Shown: positions 9,775-20,014 of the stretch, piece by piece
How the letters are laid out: the number at the start of each line of letters is the position of its first letter
How positions within the stretch are numbered: the stretch's first letter is position 1
Origin: a virus
Taxonomy: Duplodnaviria; Caudoviricetes
Reading direction: 5' to 3' (one strand)
IMG/VR virus record: IMGVR_UViG_3300032213_000911
Coordinates: 2,042-66,041 of that record
Length of the DNA stretch: 64,000 nt
Position numbers and translations under genes: made by a program
The notes under the pieces: generated by a model
Told to the model about the DNA's origin: nothing
The model's input: the letters and a program-made list of their open reading frames with translations, nothing else
Database searches by the model: none

Positions 9775-12700
9775 ATGGCTAGAAGATACCCAAATACAAG
9801 AGGTCCATCAGTAAGTACTAAGATACCAATTTTTACCCTTAGTGGTGGTGTTAGTAGACAACCACAGTCTAAGAGATTACCTAGTGAAGCACAAAACATG
9901 GATAATGCTCTCGTATCTTTGGAAAGATCTTTTGAAAAAAGACCGGGGTTTAAAACCATATTACCATATACTTTTACTGGTAATATTGATTATAATAACG
10001 CTAGCGTATCAGCAACATTTACAAGAACTAATTATGTAATCACTATTACTAAAGCAAATCACTTGTTAGTTGTAGGGGATAGAATTACAGTAACTTTTGC
10101 TACTGGCTATTCTGCATTAGATGGTGACTATCTTGTAGAAACAACACCAACATCTAGTACCTTTACAGTTAAATCAACAACAACCGGATCTATTGGAAGT
10201 AATAGTTGTAGTTATGTAAATAAAAATATTGTTCAAAACCACGAAAAAATTGATCTATATCCTTTAGAACATTCTTTTGGTACAGAAAAAGATTATTGGT
10301 TTTATTGGTTTAATATTAATGATAATAATAAATTTCTTGTTGCTATAGATTATAAAGCAACTACAGCACCAAATGTTTTAATGTATGTTTTTAGATTAAG
10401 ACCAGATGGTACTTGGAGCAATGAAACACAATATTCAAATCTAAACGAACAAGACTCAACTATTATAGATCCAATTACAAGAACATATATTACACATGGT
10501 AGTGATACTAATAATAAAGCAAAAGATGTACTCAAGGCTACAACAGTAGGCAATAGTATTATTATTCTTAATACATTAGTATATGCTGGTTTTACTAGTG
10601 GAGCATCTGGATGGAATGGTGATTCATCTGGTGAAAAACTATTTAAGTTAACCGGAGAAGAAGACTCAACTACTACAGATACAAGTGGAATTAAACTTAC
10701 TTATTATTCTTCTGCAAGATATACTAAGGGATCTAATTCTTATTGGTATTTAAACACACAAGCAGGCACTAGCACAACAATTACTTGGACTGGTACTCTA
10801 GCTGTTGGTAGCACAGTAACACTAGGAACAGCACCAAGTCTTCCAACAGGATTAACATATGGAACGCCTTCAACAACTGACCCAATAACAATAAATCCAT
10901 CAACTCAATCAAAAGTATATATAACAAAAGCATCAAGTACTGGTTTAATTACACTTAGTAATTGGGGTTCAAATGGAACAACATTTACCGTTGAATCTAT
11001 TTCTGGAACAGGAATATCTAGTGGCAATACTGTTACTGCATACTCTGGTTACTTTGCTGAAGTAGAAGATTTTATCTGGCATGATGCAACACAACCTTGG
11101 TTTGGACAATCATTAGCAGACTTTAGTGAAATTAGATTTCCTCCAGAATACGCAGAAGTAACAGGAAATAATGGAATTATTCTAAATAATGTTACTTATG
11201 ATAATACTGCATTTACAGTACTAGGTGCTTTATATGGCGGGGCTGGATCTGGAAAAGTATATTATACAGCAGCACCTTATCTAAACTTTACAAGTGGTTA
11301 TTATAGAATTATTTCATCTGCTAGTAAACCCTATACTAAAAAGGTCCGTAGTCCCGACTGTTATTCTGTAATTGATAAAAGAAGAATGCCACAAAAAATT
11401 ACATATAATGCAGCAGCTACTTTAAAATGGGTAGCCAAGCCAATTGAATGGGAACCAAGAACGAGCGGCAATAGATATTCAAATCCCGGTCCAAGTGTGT
11501 TTCTATCAGCTGATAAAATAACACCAAGACAAGTACAAATTAAAGCCATCTCTACATTTAGAGATCGTTTATATTTTGCTGCCGAAGATGTTGTATTTAC
11601 AAGCCAACTTGGTGTTTATGAAGATTTATTTTTATCTGATCCAAGCAATATTGTAGCTACAGATCCAATTGATATTAGAGCCTCGTCTAATACATTTAGT
11701 GAAATAACCTCTTTAACTCCATTTAGTACTTATTTATTTATTAATACAATTAACAATGTACAATATGAACTAAAGGGATCACAGAACCAAATTACTCCCC
11801 TAACAGCAGAAATATCACCAACGGCTTTTTATTCTACAGCTAGGTTTATAGAACCACAATTAATGGGATCATTGATTTACTTCTTTGACTCATCTAAACT
11901 ATATTTATATTTAAGCTCAGAGTCAAGTGATTTAGCAGTAGCTCAAGAATTAACAGTAACCTGTTCAGATTATATCCCATCTACAATTAGAAGCGTATGC
12001 GTGGCTTCAGCCCAAAGCCTTATCTGTATGGCTGATGACGATAATCCAAACTATATTTATTTTAATTCTTCTAGATTTGCTGGCGATAGAAACCTACAAA
12101 ATGCATTCTTTAGATTTATTTTAGATGGAACAGATAATATTCAATCAATTCAATCATATGATGATTATTTATATGCTATAGTTCAAAGACCAAGTTCTGA
12201 TAAAACTGGTACTGGAGATTTTGATTCAACAACAACAGATTCTTTAGTGTCAAACGAAAGTAGGACAAAAAGATATTATATTGAAAAGTCTTATTTAAGA
12301 TCAGAAAATCCAAATATTCCAAGATTAGATAGACTAATTAAAATAAAACTTACTGATAATAATTCAGATTATGATTCAGTACAACAACGAACAACAATTA
12401 GAGTTCCTATTTCATTTAACATAGACCTAATAGAAAAAATACAAATTATAACTGACGAGTCTTGGCAAACAGATATAAATGGTGATAGAGCATATGAAAT
12501 TCAAACACCACTAGCATATGCTGTTAGTAATGAATATTTAACCCTTTCTTTTAGTGGTAGATATATTCCATTTAACTCAAGTAATTCTTCTGATTATTCT
12601 ATTGAACGATATCTATATGTTGGTATTAAATATAAAATGGAAGTAGAGTTATCTACTCAGTTTGTAAGAGATCAAACAAACAATGTTATTGATGGTGCTT

Positions 12701-12993
12701 TAAATATAAGAACAATGTCAACTAGACATAAAAAAACTGGTAACTATGATATAAGCGTATCTACTAGAGAACGAACACCAGTAATTTCTACCTTTACTAA
12801 TCAAAATACAGACGATGAGTCTGACCTTCTTAACCTAGAAAACTGGGAAGAAGAAGGAAGGCACAATATTAATATTCTTGGCAATGCGGATAATGCAACT
12901 ATCAAGTTTGTATCTGAGTATCCATCACCAGTTAATATTGTTAATATAGAATTTAAAGGTAAGTTTATTCAAAAATATTCTCCAATTAAATAA
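9775..12993 (+). CDS. tail tubular protein B, T7 gp12-like, enlarged by insertions
   Basis: LSGGVSRQP, EKRPG, FRDRLYF, TDPIDI motifs; AGGAG RBS favours ATG 9775. Confidence 0.92.
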   Translation: MARRYPNTRGPSVSTKIPIFTLSGGVSRQPQSKRLPSEAQNMDNALVSLERSFEKRPGFKTILPYTFTGNIDYNNASVSATFTRTNYVITITKANHLLVVGDRITVTFATGYSALDGDYLVETTPTSSTFTVKSTTTGSIGSNSCSYVNKNIVQNHEKIDLYPLEHSFGTEKDYWFYWFNINDNNKFLVAIDYKATTAPNVLMYVFRLRPDGTWSNETQYSNLNEQDSTIIDPITRTYITHGSDTNNKAKDVLKATTVGNSIIILNTLVYAGFTSGASGWNGDSSGEKLFKLTGEEDSTTTDTSGIKLTYYSSARYTKGSNSYWYLNTQAGTSTTITWTGTLAVGSTVTLGTAPSLPTGLTYGTPSTTDPITINPSTQSKVYITKASSTGLITLSNWGSNGTTFTVESISGTGISSGNTVTAYSGYFAEVEDFIWHDATQPWFGQSLADFSEIRFPPEYAEVTGNNGIILNNVTYDNTAFTVLGALYGGAGSGKVYYTAAPYLNFTSGYYRIISSASKPYTKKVRSPDCYSVIDKRRMPQKITYNAAATLKWVAKPIEWEPRTSGNRYSNPGPSVFLSADKITPRQVQIKAISTFRDRLYFAAEDVVFTSQLGVYEDLFLSDPSNIVATDPIDIRASSNTFSEITSLTPFSTYLFINTINNVQYELKGSQNQITPLTAEISPTAFYSTARFIEPQLMGSLIYFFDSSKLYLYLSSESSDLAVAQELTVTCSDYIPSTIRSVCVASAQSLICMADDDNPNYIYFNSSRFAGDRNLQNAFFRFILDGTDNIQSIQSYDDYLYAIVQRPSSDKTGTGDFDSTTTDSLVSNESRTKRYYIEKSYLRSENPNIPRLDRLIKIKLTDNNSDYDSVQQRTTIRVPISFNIDLIEKIQIITDESWQTDINGDRAYEIQTPLAYAVSNEYLTLSFSGRYIPFNSSNSSDYSIERYLYVGIKYKMEVELSTQFVRDQTNNVIDGALNIRTMSTRHKKTGNYDISVSTRERTPVISTFTNQNTDDESDLLNLENWEEEGRHNINILGNADNATIKFVSEYPSPVNIVNIEFKGKFIQKYSPIK

Positions 12994-13005
12994 CAGGAGT
13001 TAAAA

Positions 13006-16000
13006 ATGCCAGCATATGATAATTCAATTGCAGTAACCAGTCAAACAACAGAAGTTTCTAGTCGATTAAATATTCCTTATGGAAATATAAATCTAATATC
13101 AAATATTCCTCATGTAAATCAACTTGAAATTGAAAGAGTCTTTACATTTGATAGAAATGGTGTAACAGATACTTTAGAAAACTTTTTAAAAGATAAAACA
13201 GTATCTATTGAAAATAAAAGAAAAGTATTCTTAATTCCAACAGAATTTATTACATATAACGAAACAACTAAAACACTTAGTATAGAAGATCTTTCTGTAA
13301 CACAGTATGACTATGTTACTTCAGATCCTGATTATATTATTAATGTTCCAGAAGTAACAGCTGGAGATACAGTTGTTATTAGAAGAAAAACAATTAGTAA
13401 TACACCTCTTGTTATTTGGAGTACAGGAACAAAACTTACATCTAATCAATTAAACTTAGAAACAACTCAATTACTATACTTAGTACAAGAGTTATTGGAT
13501 CGTGTTTATTATCAGATGTTATTAAATGGTGATGTTGTAGCTGATGTTGCAGACAATACTATTTATACAAATGCTATTCAAGTTGGTGCTGTAACCAATA
13601 CTAAATTGGCAACAGACTCAGTAACCAATGATAAAATAAAGAGCGGTGAAATTACATATGATAAAATTAATTCAACAACTTCTCCTTGGGCAGTAACTTT
13701 ATTTAATAATCAAACAATAACTGGTATTAAAACACTAAGTAGTGCAGTATTTAGTAATTCTTTAAAGGTTAATTATGGTGTTCCAGCTTCAATTCAAGGA
13801 AAACAATATGTTTTATCTTATAATGGAGATGGAAGTGGTGGTGTTGAGTGGCAAGAAAATAATCCTTGGGGTTCTATTCCATCAACCATTGTACAAACAA
13901 CAAACAACCAAACAATTACTGGCAATAAAACATTTGGCTCTGCAAGCACAACAACACTAGATGGAACTGTAAAATTTACACAGTCTCCAGCAGCCGGAAA
14001 AGCAATAGTATCTAGCGATAGCAATGGTACTTTTGGTTGGAGTAGTATTGTAAATGCCGTTAAACTTGGAAGTTCTAGTGCAACTCCATCAACCGGAACA
14101 GTAGTTATTAGCCCAGATTCTATTGGAGCTTTATCAACATCTGGCGGTACTGTAACTGGAAATGTTGTTTTTACCCAAAGTGTTGAACTTGGAGATGCAA
14201 TTCAAGACAATGTAGAAATTCAAGGAACATTTAAAGTTAGACCCGGAGATACAGACCCAACTCCCGGCCATATGCTAATGGCTCAGGCTGGCGGAACTCT
14301 TAGTTTTATTGATCCAAACTCTGTATTATCTTATGTAAAACAAGTTAACGGTAAAACTGGAAATACTATAACATTAACCGCAAGTGATGTTTCAGCATTA
14401 TCTACTACACTAACAAGCCTACAAACAATAGCTGGACCAATTTCTTTTACAAACAATTTAACACTAGGTGATAATACAACAGATAATATTACTGTACAAG
14501 GTACATTAAAGTACCTTCCCGGTGTTACTTCAACAGAACAAGCAGGTAAAGTTTTAACATCAACATCAACTGGTGAAGTTGTATGGAGTGCTTTACCACC
14601 AACAGGAATGGAAAGTATTACTTTAGGATCAACCGTATATAACAACCCTAAAACAATTACAATAACATCTTCTGATATTGGAGCAGTTAGTAATAATACA
14701 AATGAAAATATTTCAGGTATTAAAACATTTACTAATGGTTTAGTTATAAATGGTGGGCAATTTAAATATAGTGTTGGTTCCAATCTAAGCGGAAAAATAC
14801 TAACAGCAGATGGATCTGGAAACGCAAGTTGGCAAACACCAGCAGCAACCGGAATTACATCCATTACTATGGGCGGTACTAATTATAGTACATCCAATGT
14901 TGAAATTACAGCAGCTAGAATTAATGCAGTAGCTTCCGATACTAACAGTACAATTACTGGTGATAAAACATTTACTGGAAATGTAACTCTTGGCTCTGAT
15001 ACCTCTGATCTTATTCAAGTAACTGGTCAATTAAAATATACACCAAACGGGGTAATACCAACAAATGGCTTGGTATTGATGTCAACAAGCTCTGGTAACG
15101 CTATTTGGCAAACACCAGATACAACTGGCTTTATTACACCAAGTACAATTGGTCAGTATATTCCAGCAGTTTCTACTTATTATAATGATATTAATAATCA
15201 ACTACCACAAGCATCTACTTCACAATACGGAACTGTAAAAATAGATCTTAATGGTGGTTTGCAGATTGTTGATAATAAACTAAGAATCAATCCAGATTTT
15301 GGTACAACTCCAATTGCAACCTCAACTGTCTTAGGCGGTATTAAAATTGGTTCTGGTTTGACAATTAATCCAACAACCGGTGTTGTTTCTGTTGACGGGT
15401 ATACAGCAGGGTCTACTTCAGTAAACAGTTTTAATACAAGAACTGGAGCAGTAACCTCATCCAATACAGATTATACAGCAACTCCCGGACAAAGTAATTC
15501 TGTTCAGAATGCAGTAGATACAAGTAGTGCACAGAATATTACTGGAACAAAAACATTTAAAGTTAATCAAACTATAACTGATGATACAACTCCATCTGTA
15601 GGAGCAAGCGGTAAAAAAGGTATTGAACTATCTTCTAGTGGTTTATTAAAAACACAAAGAGCAACATCAACCTTAAATATATTTGAAGGATATAGCTCAT
15701 CAGGTGCTCTTACTTCCTATATTAAGGGAGATGGAAATGCAGTTTTTGATGGTCTTGTTGAAGCTAATGGTGGCTTTAAAACAAACGCTGGTGTAACACT
15801 AGGTGATACCTCAGCCGATAGCTTAATTCTTAGTGGTACTGTAAAAATTACTCCAAACAAAGCACTTGATTATGTGTTAACATGTACAAATGCAACTGAT
15901 GGAACCGCAGAATGGCGACCAGCACCAACATCACCAGTATCTTCAGTAAACGGATTAACTGGTGCAGTAAAGATTAGAACAGATAACCTTTATAATGCCG

Positions 16001-18585
16001 CTGGAAATTCTTTTGTTACTCCAGTTACTTTATCAGAAGCTCAAACTATAACTGGAAATAAGCAATTTGATGGTACTGCTAACTTTACGAATGATGTAAC
16101 AATAGGTAATGCTAGTACAGACATTTTAACAATTACTTCTACACCAAAGATTTCTTTAAACGCAGCTGTTGGTAGAATTCTATCATGCACCAATGCTGAT
16201 GGTACTGCTTCATGGCAGGATAAAACTATTGTTTCTAGTGTAAACGGAGTAGCACCAGTAAGTGGCAATGTAACCCTATCCCTAGCTAGCCTAAGTGGTG
16301 CTGCCGTAAACGCAGCAAACACATTTACAGCTGCTCAGACATTTAATAATAATATAAGTGTAACAGGAAATACTACATTAGGTGATGCTTTATCGGATAA
16401 ACTAATTATTAATTCAACACTAAGACTACCAACTGGTGCTGGATTAGGTAAGTATTTAACATGCACTTTAAATACAACAGGAAACGAAGGAACTATTGGT
16501 TGGAGCGATCTTCCACTATTAGTAAAAACAATTAATTCAAGTACACCAGATGTAAATGGAAACTTTAATATTACTACCAGTTCTCTTGGTGCAGTAGATT
16601 TAACTAATAATCAAAATATTGCTGGTAATAAAACATTTACCGGGACAACTACAACATTTAATAATGCGGTAGTAATGAATGGAAATATTGATCTTGGAGA
16701 TGCAGCTGGTGATAACATTACAATTAAGGGTACTCTAAAAGGTTCTGGTCTTGGTTCTATTGGTGCTAATAAAGTCTTAACAAGCGATGGTAGCGGTAAT
16801 ATAACTCTTCAAAATCCACTAGTATCTAGTGTAAGAGGAACAACAAACCCAAGTAATTGGGCTGGCCGATTGGGAGATGTAGTCCTAACAGCAGCAGATG
16901 TTGGTGCAGCAAGTACAGCAGATCTCGCAACAACTAATGCAAATGTTACTACAGCACAAACAACAGCAAACTCAGCTCTCTCAGCAGCAAATACAGCACA
17001 AACCACAGCAAATGGTAAACTAAGTTCAGTAACTACAACTACTACCTCATTGGGTGGTGTTGCAATAACTACCCTATCTGGTGCAGGCACAGCAGCAAGT
17101 CCACTACAGGTTCTTAGAGCAGAACCAGCAGGACCAGCCGGTGGCGATCTTTCTGGTAATTACCCAAATCCAACTATAGCAACAGACACAGTAACATTTG
17201 CTAAAATGCAAAATATTGCTACAAATAGATTGCTTGGTAGAAAGGATGCTAGTGCTGGAGATATTCAAGAAATTCAATTAGGAACAGGATTATCATTTAA
17301 CGGAAGTACTGGTGTTCTTGATTGTACAGTAACAGGTGGTTCTGCTATTCTTGGTGGTGGTACTAGCATCGCACCTCAAGTTTGGGGTGGTTATAATACA
17401 TTCTCTAATGCTACAAAATTTGAATCAACTCTATCAATAACAAATGGTTTAACCGCTGGATCTGGTTCTATTACAAATGGTTTAACTGTTGGTGGTAACA
17501 CAAAAACAGCAACTTTATCAATTGGATCAAGTAATACAAGAGGATCAATTGATGTTACTGATGGTGGTACTAATACAAACGAAAAACAAGTTATTTTACC
17601 ACACCTAATTACTATTGGTCATGGTACTGGTGGAACAGGAACTATTGGTTATAACTTAGATTATAGAACAGCAACCAATAACATAACTTCAGTTAAATCA
17701 TTAGCTGCTGGTACTGCTGGTCAGTTAGAATTTGCTGGTGATGCTTTGGTTTATAGAAATGCGGACTCGGTTGCATCAGCTGGTCTTGATTTATCTTTTA
17801 CAGAAAGATTTAGAGTTAATGATACTGGAATTAGTACTACAGGATCAGCAACTGTTAATAGTTTATCAGTAACAACTGATGCTACTATTACTGGTGATCT
17901 TAATGTAAACGGTGGAGATCTAAATAGTACAGCTACTAGTTTTAATCTACTTGCTAGTCCAACAACAGCTATTAATATTGGTGCAGCTTGCGCTGATATA
18001 AATATTGGTAAAAATGATACAACAAACTCAACTGTAGATATTCTTAGTAAATTAAATGTTGCTGGTGCATTATCAGCAGCATCCTTATTATTAGGAACAG
18101 CCCTTCCAATCGCAGAAGGTGGTACTGGTGCTGATACAGTTACTGACGCAAGAAAAAATCTTGGTATATATGATGCTGCCGACCACGCCACTACCTCTTT
18201 TGCATCACTACCATCAGGCGGTATTCATACAATAAAATTAACAGATCTTCCAATTGGTAGACTTTGGTCGATGAGTTATAAAAAAGGGTTTACTAGTACT
18301 TCAAGTATTTTTATAAATGTAGAAGGAACTGCTAGTACAAGAGCATTAATTGTTGGGTTTTCACCACACACATCACAAGGTTATTGGAATGATATAGCCA
18401 TTTCAATTTTGGATAATAATCCACGATTTGGATATTATGGCACTCACTTTAGAACTTATTTCAATGGTTCATCAAATAAACAAGATTTTCAAGTCAATTT
18501 CCAACAAGCTAGTACATATACTGTATATGGTGGATCAACAAATGGTAATGGTGCTTGTACAATATTTATTTTTAGAGTGCTTTAA
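13006..18585 (+). CDS. long repetitive tail fibre (1859 aa) with T7 gp17-like N-terminal adaptor
   Basis: VVIRRKT...WSTGTKLTSNQLN...QLLYLVQE adaptor motif; repeated QTITGxKTF / GxVLTS..G..W / VSSVNG modules. Confidence 0.88.
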   Translation: MPAYDNSIAVTSQTTEVSSRLNIPYGNINLISNIPHVNQLEIERVFTFDRNGVTDTLENFLKDKTVSIENKRKVFLIPTEFITYNETTKTLSIEDLSVTQYDYVTSDPDYIINVPEVTAGDTVVIRRKTISNTPLVIWSTGTKLTSNQLNLETTQLLYLVQELLDRVYYQMLLNGDVVADVADNTIYTNAIQVGAVTNTKLATDSVTNDKIKSGEITYDKINSTTSPWAVTLFNNQTITGIKTLSSAVFSNSLKVNYGVPASIQGKQYVLSYNGDGSGGVEWQENNPWGSIPSTIVQTTNNQTITGNKTFGSASTTTLDGTVKFTQSPAAGKAIVSSDSNGTFGWSSIVNAVKLGSSSATPSTGTVVISPDSIGALSTSGGTVTGNVVFTQSVELGDAIQDNVEIQGTFKVRPGDTDPTPGHMLMAQAGGTLSFIDPNSVLSYVKQVNGKTGNTITLTASDVSALSTTLTSLQTIAGPISFTNNLTLGDNTTDNITVQGTLKYLPGVTSTEQAGKVLTSTSTGEVVWSALPPTGMESITLGSTVYNNPKTITITSSDIGAVSNNTNENISGIKTFTNGLVINGGQFKYSVGSNLSGKILTADGSGNASWQTPAATGITSITMGGTNYSTSNVEITAARINAVASDTNSTITGDKTFTGNVTLGSDTSDLIQVTGQLKYTPNGVIPTNGLVLMSTSSGNAIWQTPDTTGFITPSTIGQYIPAVSTYYNDINNQLPQASTSQYGTVKIDLNGGLQIVDNKLRINPDFGTTPIATSTVLGGIKIGSGLTINPTTGVVSVDGYTAGSTSVNSFNTRTGAVTSSNTDYTATPGQSNSVQNAVDTSSAQNITGTKTFKVNQTITDDTTPSVGASGKKGIELSSSGLLKTQRATSTLNIFEGYSSSGALTSYIKGDGNAVFDGLVEANGGFKTNAGVTLGDTSADSLILSGTVKITPNKALDYVLTCTNATDGTAEWRPAPTSPVSSVNGLTGAVKIRTDNLYNAAGNSFVTPVTLSEAQTITGNKQFDGTANFTNDVTIGNASTDILTITSTPKISLNAAVGRILSCTNADGTASWQDKTIVSSVNGVAPVSGNVTLSLASLSGAAVNAANTFTAAQTFNNNISVTGNTTLGDALSDKLIINSTLRLPTGAGLGKYLTCTLNTTGNEGTIGWSDLPLLVKTINSSTPDVNGNFNITTSSLGAVDLTNNQNIAGNKTFTGTTTTFNNAVVMNGNIDLGDAAGDNITIKGTLKGSGLGSIGANKVLTSDGSGNITLQNPLVSSVRGTTNPSNWAGRLGDVVLTAADVGAASTADLATTNANVTTAQTTANSALSAANTAQTTANGKLSSVTTTTTSLGGVAITTLSGAGTAASPLQVLRAEPAGPAGGDLSGNYPNPTIATDTVTFAKMQNIATNRLLGRKDASAGDIQEIQLGTGLSFNGSTGVLDCTVTGGSAILGGGTSIAPQVWGGYNTFSNATKFESTLSITNGLTAGSGSITNGLTVGGNTKTATLSIGSSNTRGSIDVTDGGTNTNEKQVILPHLITIGHGTGGTGTIGYNLDYRTATNNITSVKSLAAGTAGQLEFAGDALVYRNADSVASAGLDLSFTERFRVNDTGISTTGSATVNSLSVTTDATITGDLNVNGGDLNSTATSFNLLASPTTAINIGAACADINIGKNDTTNSTVDILSKLNVAGALSAASLLLGTALPIAEGGTGADTVTDARKNLGIYDAADHATTSFASLPSGGIHTIKLTDLPIGRLWSMSYKKGFTSTSSIFINVEGTASTRALIVGFSPHTSQGYWNDIAISILDNNPRFGYYGTHFRTYFNGSSNKQDFQVNFQQASTYTVYGGSTNGNGACTIFIFRVL

Positions 18586-18600
18586 AATAGGATAACTAAT

Positions 18601-18861
18601 ATGAACGATAACCAATTGTCTATTTATGTTGCAATGCTACAATTAGCTATCCTTACAATAGGAGTAGTTACAGTTATTTTAAAAATAGGAAAAAGAGATG
18701 CTATGATTGATCGTAGCATGGACGAATTGTTGGTACTAAAAGATATTACTAAAGACCTTGTTAAAACTGATATTGAACAAGGTAAAAGTATTATTACTAT
18801 GTACGGTGAATTAAAAGAATTAAGACATCGTATAGAAGTATTAGAAAGACAAATGCTATGA
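18601..18861 (+). CDS. single-TM coiled-coil protein (holin/lysis accessory candidate)
   Basis: Hydrophobic N-terminal segment followed by a coiled coil. Confidence 0.55.
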   Translation: MNDNQLSIYVAMLQLAILTIGVVTVILKIGKRDAMIDRSMDELLVLKDITKDLVKTDIEQGKSIITMYGELKELRHRIEVLERQML

Positions 18862-19334
18862 AAAGATTCCTAAGTATATTATTGCTATGTGGTTGCTCCT
18901 CTGTAAATGAAATTTCTACTAGTAATCATATAGTTCAGGAAAACGCAATTAAGATTCTAGACACTCAAGATATTACCGTTGCACACAAACATGCTCAGAT
19001 TATTCTAGATGAAACATCTGATATAGCAAGTGTACTTGGTAATATTAAGGATATAACTCCGTGGTGGGCTACCCTATTACAATATGGATTTATATCTATT
19101 ATCGGTATTGCTTTAGTTATTGTACTATGGCAAACTGGTATAGGTCAAGCTATTAGATTAGCAATCGGTTGGATTCCTAGCAATAAGAAGAAAGAAGCTG
19201 CTTTAGCTCAATCTGTACTTAGTGATAAGAACCCAGAAACAGTTAGAGAATGGATTGCAGCTAAACGACTTAGTGATCCTGAGTTTGATGCTGCATGGAG
19301 AAAGGAACAAAATGCCCGGACGAAGACCGATTGA
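18858..19334 (+). CDS. lipoprotein with internal TM helix (u-spanin-like architecture)
   Basis: MKRFLSILLLCG-C lipobox; TM LLQYGFISIIGIALVIVLW. Confidence 0.55.
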   Translation: MKRFLSILLLCGCSSVNEISTSNHIVQENAIKILDTQDITVAHKHAQIILDETSDIASVLGNIKDITPWWATLLQYGFISIIGIALVIVLWQTGIGQAIRLAIGWIPSNKKKEAALAQSVLSDKNPETVREWIAAKRLSDPEFDAAWRKEQNARTKTD

Positions 19335-20004
19335 TATTAATCAACAAACACATGATGCTAGAGGGAATCTAAAAGGTTCAGTAAAAGTATTACCAGAAAG
19401 TGTTTATGCATATAGAAACCAAGGACTTGGACAATTCGCATCAACAACTTCTGAACAACTAGCTACTGTAATTTCAGATGAAACTGGAACTGGTAGTATT
19501 GTATATAATAATAACCCAATTCTATATACACCACAGATTTCTACAGTATCTAGAATTATAACTAGCGAAGTAACTACAGGAACTACCACAGCAAACCAAG
19601 TATTGATGTCCTTTCCTTTATACCAAGGAACTGATATAGCTACTAATGTTATTATTGGTTCTGCTGATGTTATTATTGAAACTGATGTTGGAGATACAAC
19701 TGGTACTAGTGCTACTCCAGAAGCAGTAACAAAAAGAAGACTTACTAAAATGTTAGTTCTTATGGATCACGATTGGAATGGAGATGGAAATCCACAATCA
19801 CCATCCCCAAAGCATACTGAGTATGGCCACACAGCCACAACTACTAATATTTGTACTTATAATTTTGCTTATAGGTCTGCTACAAAGACCTTTAATATTG
19901 AAGTTACTCCATTAACTAATAATACCATGCGTCACAGAGTTATTGCATTCTGTATGTTTGGTATGGATAGAAACTGGAATGCTCCAGCAGTTGTAATCCC
20001 ATAA
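19312..20004 (+). CDS. tail-associated structural protein
   Basis: AAGGA RBS favours ATG 19312; LATVISDETGTGSIVY..NP.L..P motif typical of fibre proteins. Confidence 0.65.
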   Translation: MPGRRPIDINQQTHDARGNLKGSVKVLPESVYAYRNQGLGQFASTTSEQLATVISDETGTGSIVYNNNPILYTPQISTVSRIITSEVTTGTTTANQVLMSFPLYQGTDIATNVIIGSADVIIETDVGDTTGTSATPEAVTKRRLTKMLVLMDHDWNGDGNPQSPSPKHTEYGHTATTTNICTYNFAYRSATKTFNIEVTPLTNNTMRHRVIAFCMFGMDRNWNAPAVVIP

Positions 20005-20014
20005 GGAATAAAAT

